A program made the translations under genes and the position numbers. Shown here piece after piece: positions 1 to 11,568 of a stretch of DNA of 64,000 nt. The notes below the pieces were generated by a model. It did not search any database and was not told the origin of the DNA. It saw only the letters and a list, made by a program, of their open reading frames with translations. Position 1 is the first letter of the stretch. Each line of letters starts with the position of its first letter. Source of the stretch: Protoeuglena noctilucae (Eukaryota); contig OY253669.1 in assembly GCA_958009085.1 (NCBI GenBank), positions 62,001-126,000 of the forward strand, written 5' to 3'.

Positions 1-57
1 AATTTACCTACGACAACCCCGCTGCGCCTGACCCCGGGCCTTTCCGCACGCCCGCAG

Positions 58-3000
58 GTGCGCGCTGACGCCATCGAGCGTCTGCGGCAGGCCGCCGGGA
101 CGCTGCAGACGGTGCGCGTGGTGCTCCCGTACCTGCCGGAGCTTCTCAACTTCCTCATGGGCCTCGTCATGGACCCCAACTTCAAGGCGAGGGCCGACGA
201 GACCGCAAAGACATCGAGCGCAGCTCTCTCCCGCACCACCGCGCGCGACCTGTCCCCCGCCGCCCCGTCCGCAGATCAGTTTGACGGCGATGCAGATCCT
301 GGGCCAGCTCATTGGCAAGCTGGGCCGCGCCGTGCAGCCCCACCTGGCCACGGTCATGCCCGTGCTGGTCGACAAGCTTTCCGACAACAAGATCGTCGTG
401 CAGCAGGCGGACGTGAAGGCGAGCGATGCGAATTAGATGTCCTCAAGCGACAACCCAGCGCATAACGCCTCTCATGCAGCTGCGTCACGCCCCGCGCAAC
501 ACGCTACTCGCATCCCCTCATGCCCGCATTTCACGCCCCGCATCTCCCTCGCGCCTCCCCAGGTCCTCCAGCGCATGCTCTCGAGTCTCTCCGCGGAGGT
601 CGTCCTGCCGCACCTGGCCCAGGCCTTCCACGCCCGCCACGCCCGCGCACGCGAGGAGGCCGCCTGTTTGGTGTCGTACGCCCTCCTGTCCACGCCCCAG
701 GGCCTCTCCGACGCCACCGATTGGGACGCCCTCGTCTTCGCGCTCTGTCTCCTCGTCGACGATCGCGAGAGCCGCGTCGCGGGGGCTGCGTTGGACGCCA
801 TGGCGCTCTTGCAAAGGCGACTGGGGACCTCGCGACTGGCTGACGCCATCCACGCCGCCGCGCCCGGGGCCGCCGTGCTGCACCGCGTCACGGCGCGCCT
901 CGCGGACCCCGCGCTCCCGGCGCTCTCGCCCTCCGGCGCCGTCGAGGGGACGTACGGGCGGGGCAGCTCGCGGGGCACGCCCGACAACGGCACGGCGGGG
1001 CTGGTGCCGGGCATCCTGGCCGCCACCGCCAGCGCCTCGGCCCGGCAGATAGCGGCGGAGCGCGTGGCGGGGGAAGGCGCGGGGTCGACGGCGGCGGCGG
1101 AGGGGGCGGCGTGGGGGGCGCGGACCGGGCGCCGGGGCCCTGCGAGCCCTCCCAATCCCGCACTCGGCCTGGCCACGGCGCCGCCGGGCACTGCGGGCGT
1201 CGGCACCCCCCGCGCCGGGCGCCGCGCAGGGATGGCAACCGCTGGGGCTCTCATGGGTGCGGGTGCGGGTGCGGGTGCGGGCGGCAACCCCCTCCTGTCC
1301 CCCCGCATGTCGCCCCCACGCGAGAACGCCAGGCGAGACGGATTGGGATGCGGATCGAGTTTTTGTGCAATCGCTACGCCAGTATTGCAACAAGCAACCC
1401 TGTGCATGACTTCCCATGCTTTTTTGCCTTTCACTCGCCACCCCAGCTGTACCCCATCTCGCCTGCTGCCCCATCTGGGTGACTTAGTTAGCCCCTCTCT
1501 CTCCTTTCCCTGACTCAGGTACCTGGGCGCGGGCGTCCGTGACTCCCTTAATGAGACGGCCGGCCCCCACGCCCTGCAGCTGCCGGCGCCCCAGTGGCCG
1601 GCCGAGGAGCCCCAGGGGCCCTACAGCCCCACGGGGATGGGCGATAACTATCCGAGCATGAATAACACCTCCTACCAGCACCACGCAGACGCCGTGGGGT
1701 CGCTGCCACGACTGCGGGCCAACGGCGGTGAGCGACAGCGGCCTCCTCTGGCACAGTCATCATCCAATACAGTTAGCCTCTATAATTGTGCTGCAAACAT
1801 AGAGACACTATCATTTTCACTGCTCCTGTGCCGCTATGCAGCACTCCTAGCAGAAAGACACATTTCTGCTACCAAAGCCCACCCAACGCACCCCACCAAC
1901 CACGCCCCCCCCTCGCTCCCTCCCTCGCAGGTACCGCCACCTTCACTGGCACCGCCCCCGACCCCCGCACCCCCCGCTCCCTCGCCGCCACCTCCTCGAC
2001 ACAATCAGTCGTCCGCAGCCTGAGTGACACCGCCCGACAAGACGCCGACGCCCTCCCCGCCCCGCCCCCCGCCCCGCCCTCCCCCGGCCCCCGCTCCCGC
2101 AGCCAGCCGGGCCTCTCGCTGCCGCCGCCGGACCCACCGGCCACCGCCCCTCACCACCCCAACCCCGCCTCGCTGCCCCCCGCCCCCCGCCTCGACATCG
2201 CTACACCCGACACCATGGGCTTAGAGCCTGGCTCACCCGGGCCACGCTCGGCCTCCGCCGCGTCATCCAAACTCAGCATCCTCAAGGAGCGCAACGCGCA
2301 GTGGCGCGCGCGGCAGCAGCGGCCGGGGGGCAGCGTGGCGGCCAGCAGGGGCGACGACACGGGGGACCTGGCGGCGGAACTGGCGGGGGCGGGGGTGGGC
2401 GCGAGGGGCGGGGCGTCGAGCAGCGCGCCGCCGGGAGACGTGGGGCGCGCGCGGGGTGGCCCGGGCGGCCCGCGGCCTGACCCGGTGCGGGACATGGGGC
2501 TGCCGCCGGGCGTGGGGGGGGAGGAGGGGGCAGAGGCTAGGGGAGGGCCGCGGCGTGACTTGCTCGCGTCGCTGGGTCGGCGCAACCGCGGGAAGGGGGG
2601 AGAGGGAGATGTCGCGGGGGAGGAGGTGGCGGGGGTGGCGCAAACGGCGGGGCGTGTGGGGAGGGGCGGTGCTACTGGGGTGGGGATGGGCGTGGACAGT
2701 CCGCGCCGCTTGGCGGGTGGCGGGAGCTCCGGGGGTGAGAGCCCCCGCAGTCGCTCCAGCGTGGGTGGCAGCGGGACGGGCGGGTCGGGTGCGGGTGCGG
2801 TGGCGGAGGTGGGGACGGCGGACCTCACGCCTCTGCCTAGCCCCGAATCGGACCTGCGCCGCGCGTTGGCGGAGCTGGAGGCGGCGAAGGTGTCCGGCCG
2901 CAAGGAGCTGGACTGGGTGGGTCAGTTCGACGCGTTGAATGTGGTGCGGCGCGCGGTGGTGCACGACCCAGCCGTGGTGGCGCCGCACCTGCGGGCGCTG

Positions 3001-4947
3001 AGCCTGGCGCTGGTGAGTTGGGGAAGGGTGGGGGTGTGCGTGAGTGTGGGTGGGTGGGGGGTGCGGGTGTGTGTGTGTGTGAGCAAGCCGGAACCCGGCT
3101 TGCTCTCACTATCTCATCAACCCCACACAGTATGCTCACAGTGACATCCCTTGTGTGTCCCCCCAGGTCCCGGCCGTCGACTCTTTGCGGTCATTGACCG
3201 CCAAGACAGCCATGATGGCGGTGCAGGAGATGCTCATATCCCTGGGAAAGGCCATGGATGGGGAGTTGGAGCACCTGGTGCCCGTCTTGTTGAAGGTGAG
3301 AGGGAGTGGGGTTATGTGTTGTGTAGGGGCGAATGCGTGTCTGGGGGCATGTGGGGTGGCGGTGGGCATCGCGGCTGCCCCCGCACATCTATATCAACAG
3401 ACGTACACACTTTCGTGCACAGACACACATGCACATCCATAAACACGCACCCACCCACCCACACCCACACGCACCACACCATCCACCAACGCGCATCACT
3501 GCGCCACCCCCCCTCTACCCCCCCGCAGCGCGCGGGTGAGGTGTCCGTGGCTGGCCGCGAAAACTTCCTGGCACTGGAGGCCGACGCCGCCCTGAGTCAG
3601 GCGGTGGCGCGCACGAGCGAGGGGAGGTCGGCAGCTGTGCTGCTGGCGCACCTCAGCCATAAGGCGAGGAGGGGGGCGTGGGGTTGTTTGTTAGGGCATG
3701 CCTGCACACACAGTGCGCTCGCTTGTCACCGCGTGTGTGTGGGGGTGGCACGCGATGTCGCAGGGACCATCGCCACCCCGCGCCACGTTTCACCCCACCA
3801 CCCCTCTCCCACCCCCACCCCTCTTCCCCCCCTCACTCATCCCCCACCTCTTTCTCTCATCCCAGAACCCAGCAGTCCGCACCAAGGTCGCCGCCAAATT
3901 AGATGAGCTGCTGGCGGCGCACGGATACCGCATGCTGGGCAACCGCCCCTTGCTAGAGGCGATGGTGGGCGCGGCGGTGCGGCTGGTGGGGGAAGCCGCA
4001 CAGGACACACGCACCTTCGCCAAACGCATGCTGTGGGAGGCGCGGCGGCTGCTGGACGCATCGGGCGGCGACTTTGCGCGCGTGCTGGGGGCAAAGGCCG
4101 ACGCGCGCGCGAGGGAGCTGGTGCTTCAGATGTTTGCGAAGGAGGGGGGGGCCGCCCGCCGCGCCGCGCCCCACCACCCGCGCGGTCTTGACGCGCAACA
4201 ACAGCGGGGGCGCGGGCGTGGGGGCGGGGGCGGGGGTTGCGCCGTCGACGGCGCCGGCGATGGTGGGGGAGGAGGGGCGGGGGGGCAGGGCGGTGCGCAG
4301 GTGCGAGGTGGATGCTGGGAATGGTGGACACGGATCAGTTGTGGTTGCGATCTTTCTCATTTCGGTGCGTGTGAGAGTGAGCCATGGCTCCCTCTGCATA
4401 ACAGACAACAAACACTAACCAACACTCATCAAGCCTTTTGTTAGTGTCACTATCATGTCATCCACTCGTCTTTGCTTACAGGCAGCCGTCCCGCACCGGC
4501 ACACGCGCTGGCATGGGCCCCACCACCCCCGCACCCGGCATGGGTGTCGGTTTAGGTNNNNNNNNNNNNNNNNNNNNNNNNNNNNNNNNNNNNNNNNNNN
4601 NNNNNNNNNNNNNNNNNNNNNNNNNNNNNNNNNNNNNNNNNNNNNNNNNNNNNNNNNNNNNNNNNNNNNNNNNNNNNNNNNNNNNNNNNNNNNNNNNNNN
4701 NNNNNNNNNNNNNNNNNNNNNNNNNNNNNNNNNNNNNNNNNNNNNNNNNNNNNNNNNGCGCGGAAAGCCCCGCCCACCGGCCCCGGGCGCCCCCGGCCCG
4801 GCAAGTGCGAGAGATGAGGACCCTGCACAACATTCCGCGGAGGCAGGGGCGGCCGGGGGGAGCGCCGCCGCGGGACATGTTGGGCAAGGCGGGGAGTCCC
4901 CAAGCGCACCCGCGCGTCGGTGGGGGGGTGGCAGGCGAGACAAATAA
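58..4947 (+). CDS. TOG/HEAT-array microtubule regulator, TOGARAM1/crescerin (FAM179)-like; 5' part lies outside the window; multi-exon, spans an assembly gap
   Basis: Spliced exons 58-186, 275-418, 563-1332 read ...DPNFK|ISLTAMQILGQLIGKLGRAVQPHLATVMPVLVDKLSDNKIVVQQADVK|VLQ..., resembling crescerin TOG1. A second TOG domain at ~2850-4130 (DWVGQFDALNVVRR...VPAVDSLRSLTAKTA...LVPVLLK|RAGE...ENFLALEADAAL...SHK|NPAVRTKVA) follows a low-complexity linker. The 3' end needs a frame change in a G-run near 4145 and crosses the N gap. Confidence 0.75.
4558..4757. other. Assembly gap (200 N)
   Basis: Run of N in the sequence. Confidence 0.99.
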
Positions 4948-5557
4948 GAAATGCACGACAGGTGGTGCACATTCCGGGCCGCATCGCCCCCCGGGTGGAA
5001 GTCGGGGGGTCACCTGGTGGAATGCGGGTACGTACTCGTGCTCCGGGGCGCCAGCTGGCCGCGGCATGGCAATATGGGAGCAAGATGGGCCCGACCCGGC
5101 CCCGGCAATGTCACACTGGTGGCCGACGGCCAAACGTGAGCGAAAGTGGCCCCCCTGCTCCTCTTCCAGACAACCAGCGGGACCTCTGTTGTCACTCACA
5201 TGGATGTCATGGCCCGCGTCCTCCGTCGGGGCCCTTGGACGCCCTCTCGCCGCGCAACTGGGGGGCATGACCCGCCAGTTGGACTAGAGCACGCGAATGG
5301 CCCGAGGACGATGCTCTCCGCCACAATTGTATCTGAAAAGGCGCAGGGGGCCTCCGGTGCGAGGATGCGCTGCCTGGCTTGCACGAACGGCCCGCTACCG
5401 ACTACAACGTCCTGGTTGGAGATCGCCGCGTCTGCCGCATCAATCTGATGCGAGTAGAATCGATTCGAGTGCCTGAAGGTTCGATCAGCGACGCGGATTG
5501 TTGACAATCGGAGGGAGATTTTCTTGCGTCAGTAGCAGGTGTCAAGGTGTGTCGAGG

Positions 5558-5710
5558 ATCATCGGGAAAACCCGGCGATTTGACGTCACTCGGATCAGAA
5601 GGATCGCGGGAATCACTGGATTCATCTCAGTGATCCCCGGGAATCGCCGGGATCATCCCCGTGATCCCGGCGATCCCCGCCACTGCCGCAGTGATCCCAG
5701 CGATCCCGGG
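5558..5710. repeat. Left TIR plus GGGATCATCCC/GATC-rich subterminal repeats
   Basis: Recurrent GGATC/GATCCC motifs. GGATCATCCCCGTGAT is also present inverted at the right end. Confidence 0.75.
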
Positions 5711-6251
5711 CCGCGGCCCTGACGCGCGTGCGCGCCCCCGCGTTTGCTCAGGGGGCTCGAGAGGAGGCGGAGAGACCGCACATTTGCTAGTTGGTGCTAA
5801 TGACTGCCTCGGAGGCCCCTCTCGCGTCCTAAAGCTTGCTCCAGCATGCAGACGGGGGCCGTCGACGCATCCGGGGTCCGCTTCCCCTGCGCCGCCGCTG
5901 TTCAACGTGAGATGTCCATATCTATGCGATGAGCGGGAGCTCGCGGGCTCGCCGGGCCCCCGGGGGCGCCGGGGAGGTCCCCGTGCTCGACCAGGCCTAC
6001 CGCCGCCGCGGCCGCGATCGGGCACGCAGCGCTTGGCCTATGGATTGAGGTGACCTAAATCTCGCTAGCTGCGGCGCCTTTGCCGGCTACGCCGCACGGA
6101 GGTGGCTGCTGCATGGGAGGTGAGCCGTCCCCGCCGTCATGGCGCTGCGGATGGGGGCGCGGGGCTGGCTTCGGAGAATTATCTCGATACAGATGACATC
6201 GCCGGCGTCGGGGACCTGGCACCGCGAGCATCGGGGAGCTCCTGGGGTCAC

Positions 6252-9200
6252 CTACTCCTCGCCGCCGCTGGCGTGGTGCTCCCAGACCTGCTGCACGTGG
6301 CCGCAGTGAAGAAGCTTCCCAGCAACTTTCACGGCGTGAAGCTGCCGCCGAAGGTTGCGGAGGGGCACGCACTTCAGAGCCTCGCCCTCCGCAGGCTCCA
6401 GGAGCGACAGCTGGGGAGGCTGCAGCGCTCCCAGGTTGGTGTAGAACGACAAGCACTGGTTGGACAGGTACCTCAGGTCAGGTACCTCAGGTCGCATGGG
6501 GCCCTGTGCACCGGGGCCACCAGGGCGCAGAGGAAGGTCCCGGCACCGGAGCTGGTCTTCGCCTCAACCCCGCACACGACCCTGCCCGTCTGCAGCGTGC
6601 CCCTGTCCGGGAGGTACTCGACGAAGGACAGGGTCTCGTCGGTGGCGAAGATCCTGGCCCGGTCCCCGCTGGCCGTCCCGATCTCGACCGTGGAGGTCAG
6701 CGCGACCTCGCCCAAGACGTGGCAGGGAAGCCCCGCGCCCTTGAGGGCGTTCAGGAGGTCCGCCTTAGAAACGAAGTCTTCCGCGCGTCCCTCGCTGCAC
6801 AGGTCGTTCTTCTTCAGGACGGTCTTCACGCCCTTCACTTGGTCCTCGGGCTGGGACGGGACCGGCTGCTCCGCCCTCGCCCGGCTCTTGATGACGGAGG
6901 CCGCCCTCTGAGAGATGACGCTGGTGCTCGCCTGCGACAGGGCTCGGGGGTCAGTCCAGCGCGGCTCAGCATGGCACGCGGGTCGAGCGCCGTGCGACCG
7001 CATCGAGACGTGTGAGTCGCAAGAAACGCGTCCTGCGTGGGCTTCCCCGCGTCGCCTACGCTGGGCGGCGCTTCATGCCTGTACCTGCACGTCGCCCTTG
7101 CCGTTCGTGCGCGCGTTGGCAATGGGCTTGTGCATGCGCTCGGCGTCGTTCATGCTGCCCAACATGATGGAGCCGTTCCTCGCCACCACTGCAGGGAAAT
7201 GCGAAAGCGCGTGGCACTTCTGGCTGTTCTCGATCTTGCTGAAGAGGGGCTTCTCCGTGCGGACGATTTCGTGGCCACGCAGCAGCGTCTTGAGCACGAC
7301 CTGCGGCGACACGGCAGCGACAAGGCTTCCAGAGTGAGTAAGGGGCAGCGAACGGTGGGGCTGGTGTTGGAGAAGGCCTCACGTGGAGGACCTTATTCAG
7401 CTGCGCGTCCGCCGCCTGCGCCCCTGCGATGGTGGCGCTCTCCAGGGACCATTCGGCATAGAGCTGAAGGCATGCCAGGGCTACGGCCACGAGCCCAACC
7501 CTCTCGTCGTGCACGTCTTTGCTGCCCGTAGGCTCTGCAAGGGATGTGGTGGTGGGGAAACACTCCCGGGGTTCCCCGGCCCGCATCGCGATACCCGCAG
7601 CTCCTCCCGATGCCCTCGCAGCGCTGACTGTCGGCCTCGCCTCGAGAGAAGAGCTCGACGAGGGCGAAAGGCAGAGCTTGGATCAAGAACCTCGCCTCGT
7701 ACGCCTTTATCTTCCCAAACGGGTCCACGAGGCTCAGCACGATCTGGAAGGTCTCGCCCCACGGACGGGCGTGGATCCATGCCGGGGCCTGCGCTCCACC
7801 CACACGACGATGGACATGCCAGGTGAATACCGAGCAGCTGCGGCGCCACTGCAGGCAACGCACGCCATTGCCTGACCTGCAGCTCACCTTGGCATCCGCA
7901 ATGATCGATGCGAACGCAGCCAAGAGGGCGTTTGCCTTTGTCGCAGACTCTCCTGCTGCCGCGTTGTTGTAGAGGACGGTCAGTATGCAGAAGGGAACAG
8001 TCTTGCCCAACATTCCCAGTTCCACGGTGTGCATGGGGTCAGGTGCTTGGCCCTGATACAAGTCCGACCCGAACTCGTCCCAGTACGACAGGGCAGGAAC
8101 CACAGGATGAATTTTGCTCTCCCTGGCTTGTTCGTTGGCCCTGGCCGTCCCCACGTCCCTCCTCAAGCGCAGGATGTGCTGCACCTGGAGGCGATGCAGC
8201 GCGACGGTGCGAGGCGTGCGGCAGTCATCCTGGAGGCACAGCGGGCACGACCTGACGGCCAGCGTGGACGAGTTGGCCATCATGTCGTTCAGCTGCGCCG
8301 CCAAGACGGGAAAGACGATGACTCTCCCGACGTCGGGGAGGGTCATCCACACCCCACCGGACCTCGCCACGCCAATCAGCTGCCGGTCCACGGCAGCCAG
8401 CCGCCGCTGGATGGCCTCTCTGTTGTTCAGGTCTGCCTGTGACCCCGGAGTGATCCCGGACACCTGCGGGGGCCTCGAGCGACAACTCATACACGCGGCG
8501 TGGTGGTGGACGTGTGGGCTGCAACGCCGGCAATCCTCCTCTCGCCTTCATGGACTCGACGGTGGCCACGGTTCGCGGCGTCCCTGTCCTCACGGCCTTG
8601 CAAGGCGACAGGAGGTGCATGTGGATGGGCGTCGTCGATGCGCCCTTGGTCATCTCCACCCCGTCGATGCTGTACGCGACGGGCACGAGGAGCAGCCGGG
8701 CGTGCAGCTCGGGGCGGACTTTGCCAGCGACAGCCTCGGCTATGTCGCTATACCCCTTCGCCCGGGAGAAGGTGAGCTTCTCGTGGATGCTGGGATGCGT
8801 CTCATGTGGTCTCGCCCGCGCCTGGCGTGACCGTTCCCGTGCCTCGCTGAAGTCTCGCATCAACTTAACGAGCGTCTTGGGCTTGATCTGCTCCGCGTGC
8901 ACCAGCATGTCCCTCAGCACCGTTATCGTTTGGTAGATGATGGTTGTGCTGCCCTCCTCTTGCAAAACCTGCAGGCCGTGCGTGCACTGGTTGGCGTCAG
9001 CCCCCTCGGCCGCGTCCGAGGCCCTCGACACAAGCGGCACCGCGGCGTGACGCACCTCGTACTGGCCATGGATGCTGTTGAGTGAGGTGTGGAACGTGCG
9101 GTGGGAGCGCCCGAGGTCGAGAAGGTCGTCGCGGATGTCGGGGCGCAGCTTCACGAAGCAATCGAAATGCGCTGCCGTCAGCGATGCCATGAACTGCGCC

Positions 9201-9769
9201 CCTGCTTCAAGTTGGCTCAGGTACTCATCGTCACTGTCCCTGCTCCTGGCCCGCCATGCCTCCAGGTCCTCCGGCAGCTTCAGCGGTTCGTACTCCCCGG
9301 GCGCAGGAAGGTAGGAGACTCCAGGAGCGTCCTCTTGGGGCGCATCATGCGCTCCGGCGCTCTCGGGCGGTTCACCCCTCTCCGAGTCAATGTCCACGTC
9401 CATGTCCACGTCCGTGTCGGCGTAGTGGAGCCACGCGAGTCCTACATCTTCGCTCTCGCCATCACTGCCCGCAGCAACGTCCGCCGTCCCGTCTTCCTCC
9501 CGCAGTTCTTGGTCTGGTCCCGCGCTGGCGCTGTCGCGTGCCAGCCCGTCCGAGCCTCGCAGAGACGGAGAGACATAGTGTTCGTGTGGGGCGGCGGGGC
9601 GGGGTGCTTCCTGGCGGCTCTCCTCGCCATATCTCCAGCCCCACAGCGCAGGGCATCTTTGCTGATGCCGGGCGAGCTTGGCTGGGGTATCGAATTGCGT
9701 TCCACACGCGTCGCATTCGAGCATGGTGAGCTGCAGCGCAGGTTGCGATGCAGGGTTCAAGGCGGGCAT
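6252..9769 (-). CDS. Plavaka-type DDE transposase with N-terminal C2H2-like Zn finger, ~6 introns
   Basis: CDAC...HQQRC zinc finger; LVPVAYSIDGVEMTKGASTTPIHMHLLSPCKAVR (first Asp region); IVFPVLAAQLNDMM...CPLC; APDPMHTVELGMLGK (DxxH); KCHALSHFPAVVARNG...DAERMHK (Glu region). The ORFs join in frame through GC-AG intron 8464-8545 (ESMK|VSGITP) and further introns. The last exon join is less certain. Confidence 0.75.
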
Positions 9770-10984
9770 GGTGAGGGCGTGGAAGCGGAGGTGAGGAAAG
9801 TCCAGCGCGCGCTCTGTGGGTCAGGCAGGCTCAGGGGTCGTCAGTCCTCCAGGCAAGCGGGGGTGGATTGCAGGGCTGCAGCGACAGCACCGCGCACAGG
9901 CGAGGCTCGGCGCTGCTGGTGCGAACAGCGCTGGATCATCGTCCCTCTCTAGGGTGAGAGTGCAGCCTGCTGCTGAGCCATCTGCGAGGTGTGCTGACGT
10001 GGCTGGGGAGGGGAGGGGCCAGCTCCCGTGAGGTGAGATGCAGCATACGCATGACTAGATCAGGTCGGACATTGTCGCTGTCCCCGAGGTGCGCGGTTGG
10101 TCTGCTGCGCTACCGGTGGGGTCTGCGACACGGTCAGGTGTGCAAGGGGGGGTTGGTTGGCTGGGAGGGACGAAGGGCTGGTCCGCCAGCGTGGTATCTC
10201 TGTACTTGCTTACTGTACCTGGCACCGTGCCTGCACTCTCTCACCCCGAGACTGACTCTAACTTCGCCTAACAAGCACGCAGGCGCACGTGCCACCTCGT
10301 CCCAAGTTCCGGCGCTGGTCGGGTGCTGGCCGGGCCCGCCATGGCTCGTCCGCCGACCCATGCCCCTTGTCTGTCGTCTGGCGTCCGCGGCGCCCCGCAG
10401 CGGTGGTCATCGACTCCTGGGGCGGCCGTCGGCACGGCGGAGTCGCGCACGCCACCATCTCCCGAGTGCCTGGCCCGAGTGCCGGAGCGCCGCTCCCCGA
10501 TGGAGCGGCAGCGTCCGGAACAAGCGGTCGGTGCCTCTGGCGGTGGTCGCTGCGCGCTCCCGTCGCGCCTGCGGCCGCCCGAGTCCGGCTGCATGTGCGT
10601 GCATGAGTGCGTTGCCTAGAGCGTCACGGATGGTCATGTAACCTCGGCGTAGGGATTGAAATACCAATAGCTACGCTAGGGAGCGATTACGGGCCGAACG
10701 GAGCCCCCCGGGCCGCGCGGGCCCCGGAGCGCGCGTGCCCAAAAGATGCGTCCGATCGCGATCAAGATAGGTCTGATCGCGGCCGAGAAGGAAGATAGGC
10801 GGCGGGATAGCCTCGGCTAACGCTTCCGGCGCCGCTGCGCTCCCGAGTGGGCCCCGCTCCCCGCGATCCCCGACCACGACGAAATGCCGCGAAACTGCTC
10901 CCAGCGGCCTCTCGCATCCCGGGTGCGCCGTGGCCGTAACCGCGCCGCGTAAAACGGCCTCCCCAGGGAGATCGGGCGCGCGGC

Positions 10985-11148
10985 TGGAATCACTGGGCTC
11001 AATGAGGGTTTACATTACAGTCTGTGTCGTCAGTGGGATCACTGGGATGATCCCTCTGATACCCCGGGATCAGCGGGATGATCCCCACGATTCCTGGGTA
11101 TCACGGGGATGATCCTACTGACGCCAGACTCGCGGTTTTCCCGATGAT
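10985..11148. repeat. Right GGGATGATCC subterminal repeats plus TIR
   Basis: GGGATGATCC x3 and GGGATCA motifs at 11035-11115, followed by the TIR at 11134-11148. Confidence 0.75.
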
Positions 11149-11568
11149 GATTGGCGTCCTGGCCGCGTCCCCGCCCTCCAGGCGGACTCATTGGCAGCCC
11201 CTGCGGCCGGGGAGAGTCCTGAAGACACAAAGCCGCTACGCTTGGCTGGATTCCATCTGGTGCAGACCCGTGCGATGCGCATGGCCAGCCAACCTGCTGG
11301 TTTCTACCGAAGACTGGACTTTGTGCCTGCACGCACAGTGGAAGGGGGGCGCGTCGCCGTCGATGAGCTCGCGCAGGTGGGGAGGGGAACGGCGCAGCCA
11401 GGGCGCGCGTTGACCCCGGCGGCGCGAGGCGATATGCGCGACGAGCGCGGGCGTGGTTGACATGTTACAGTCGAGGACTGTCACGCGCCCTTCCCTTTCC
11501 AGGCGGAGGACGGCGGCGACGGCGCGGCGAACCCGGCGGGCTTGCTGCTGCGAGAGGGCGTGAGCGTC

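Larger units (their letters stand above)
5558..11148 (-). mobile_element. Plavaka-like (CMC/EnSpm-related) DNA transposon, ~5.6 kb, with terminal inverted repeats
   Basis: ATCATCGGGAAAACC (5558-5572) is the exact reverse complement of GGTTTTCCCGATGAT (11134-11148), and imperfect IR identity continues inward for about 25 more bp. GATC-rich subterminal repeats occur at both ends. A transposase gene lies inside. Confidence 0.8.

Noticed and set aside
472..3144. Many overlapping long Pro/Arg/Gly-rich ORFs on both strands
   Set aside because: Expected from the scarcity of stop codons at high GC; the spliced TOG gene explains the region.
4140..4155. Programmed frameshifts at G-runs (4145, 15645, 20695)
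   Set aside because: Homopolymer indels are most simply sequencing or assembly errors, and no stimulatory structure was identified.
4950..5557. Gene interrupted by the transposon (joining 5557 to 11149)
   Set aside because: The minus-strand frames translated across the join gave no recognisable protein.
9770..10980. Second (cargo) gene inside the transposon
   Set aside because: Only Arg/Pro/Ala-rich ORFs typical of GC-rich DNA, with no recognisable domain; probably promoter or UTR.
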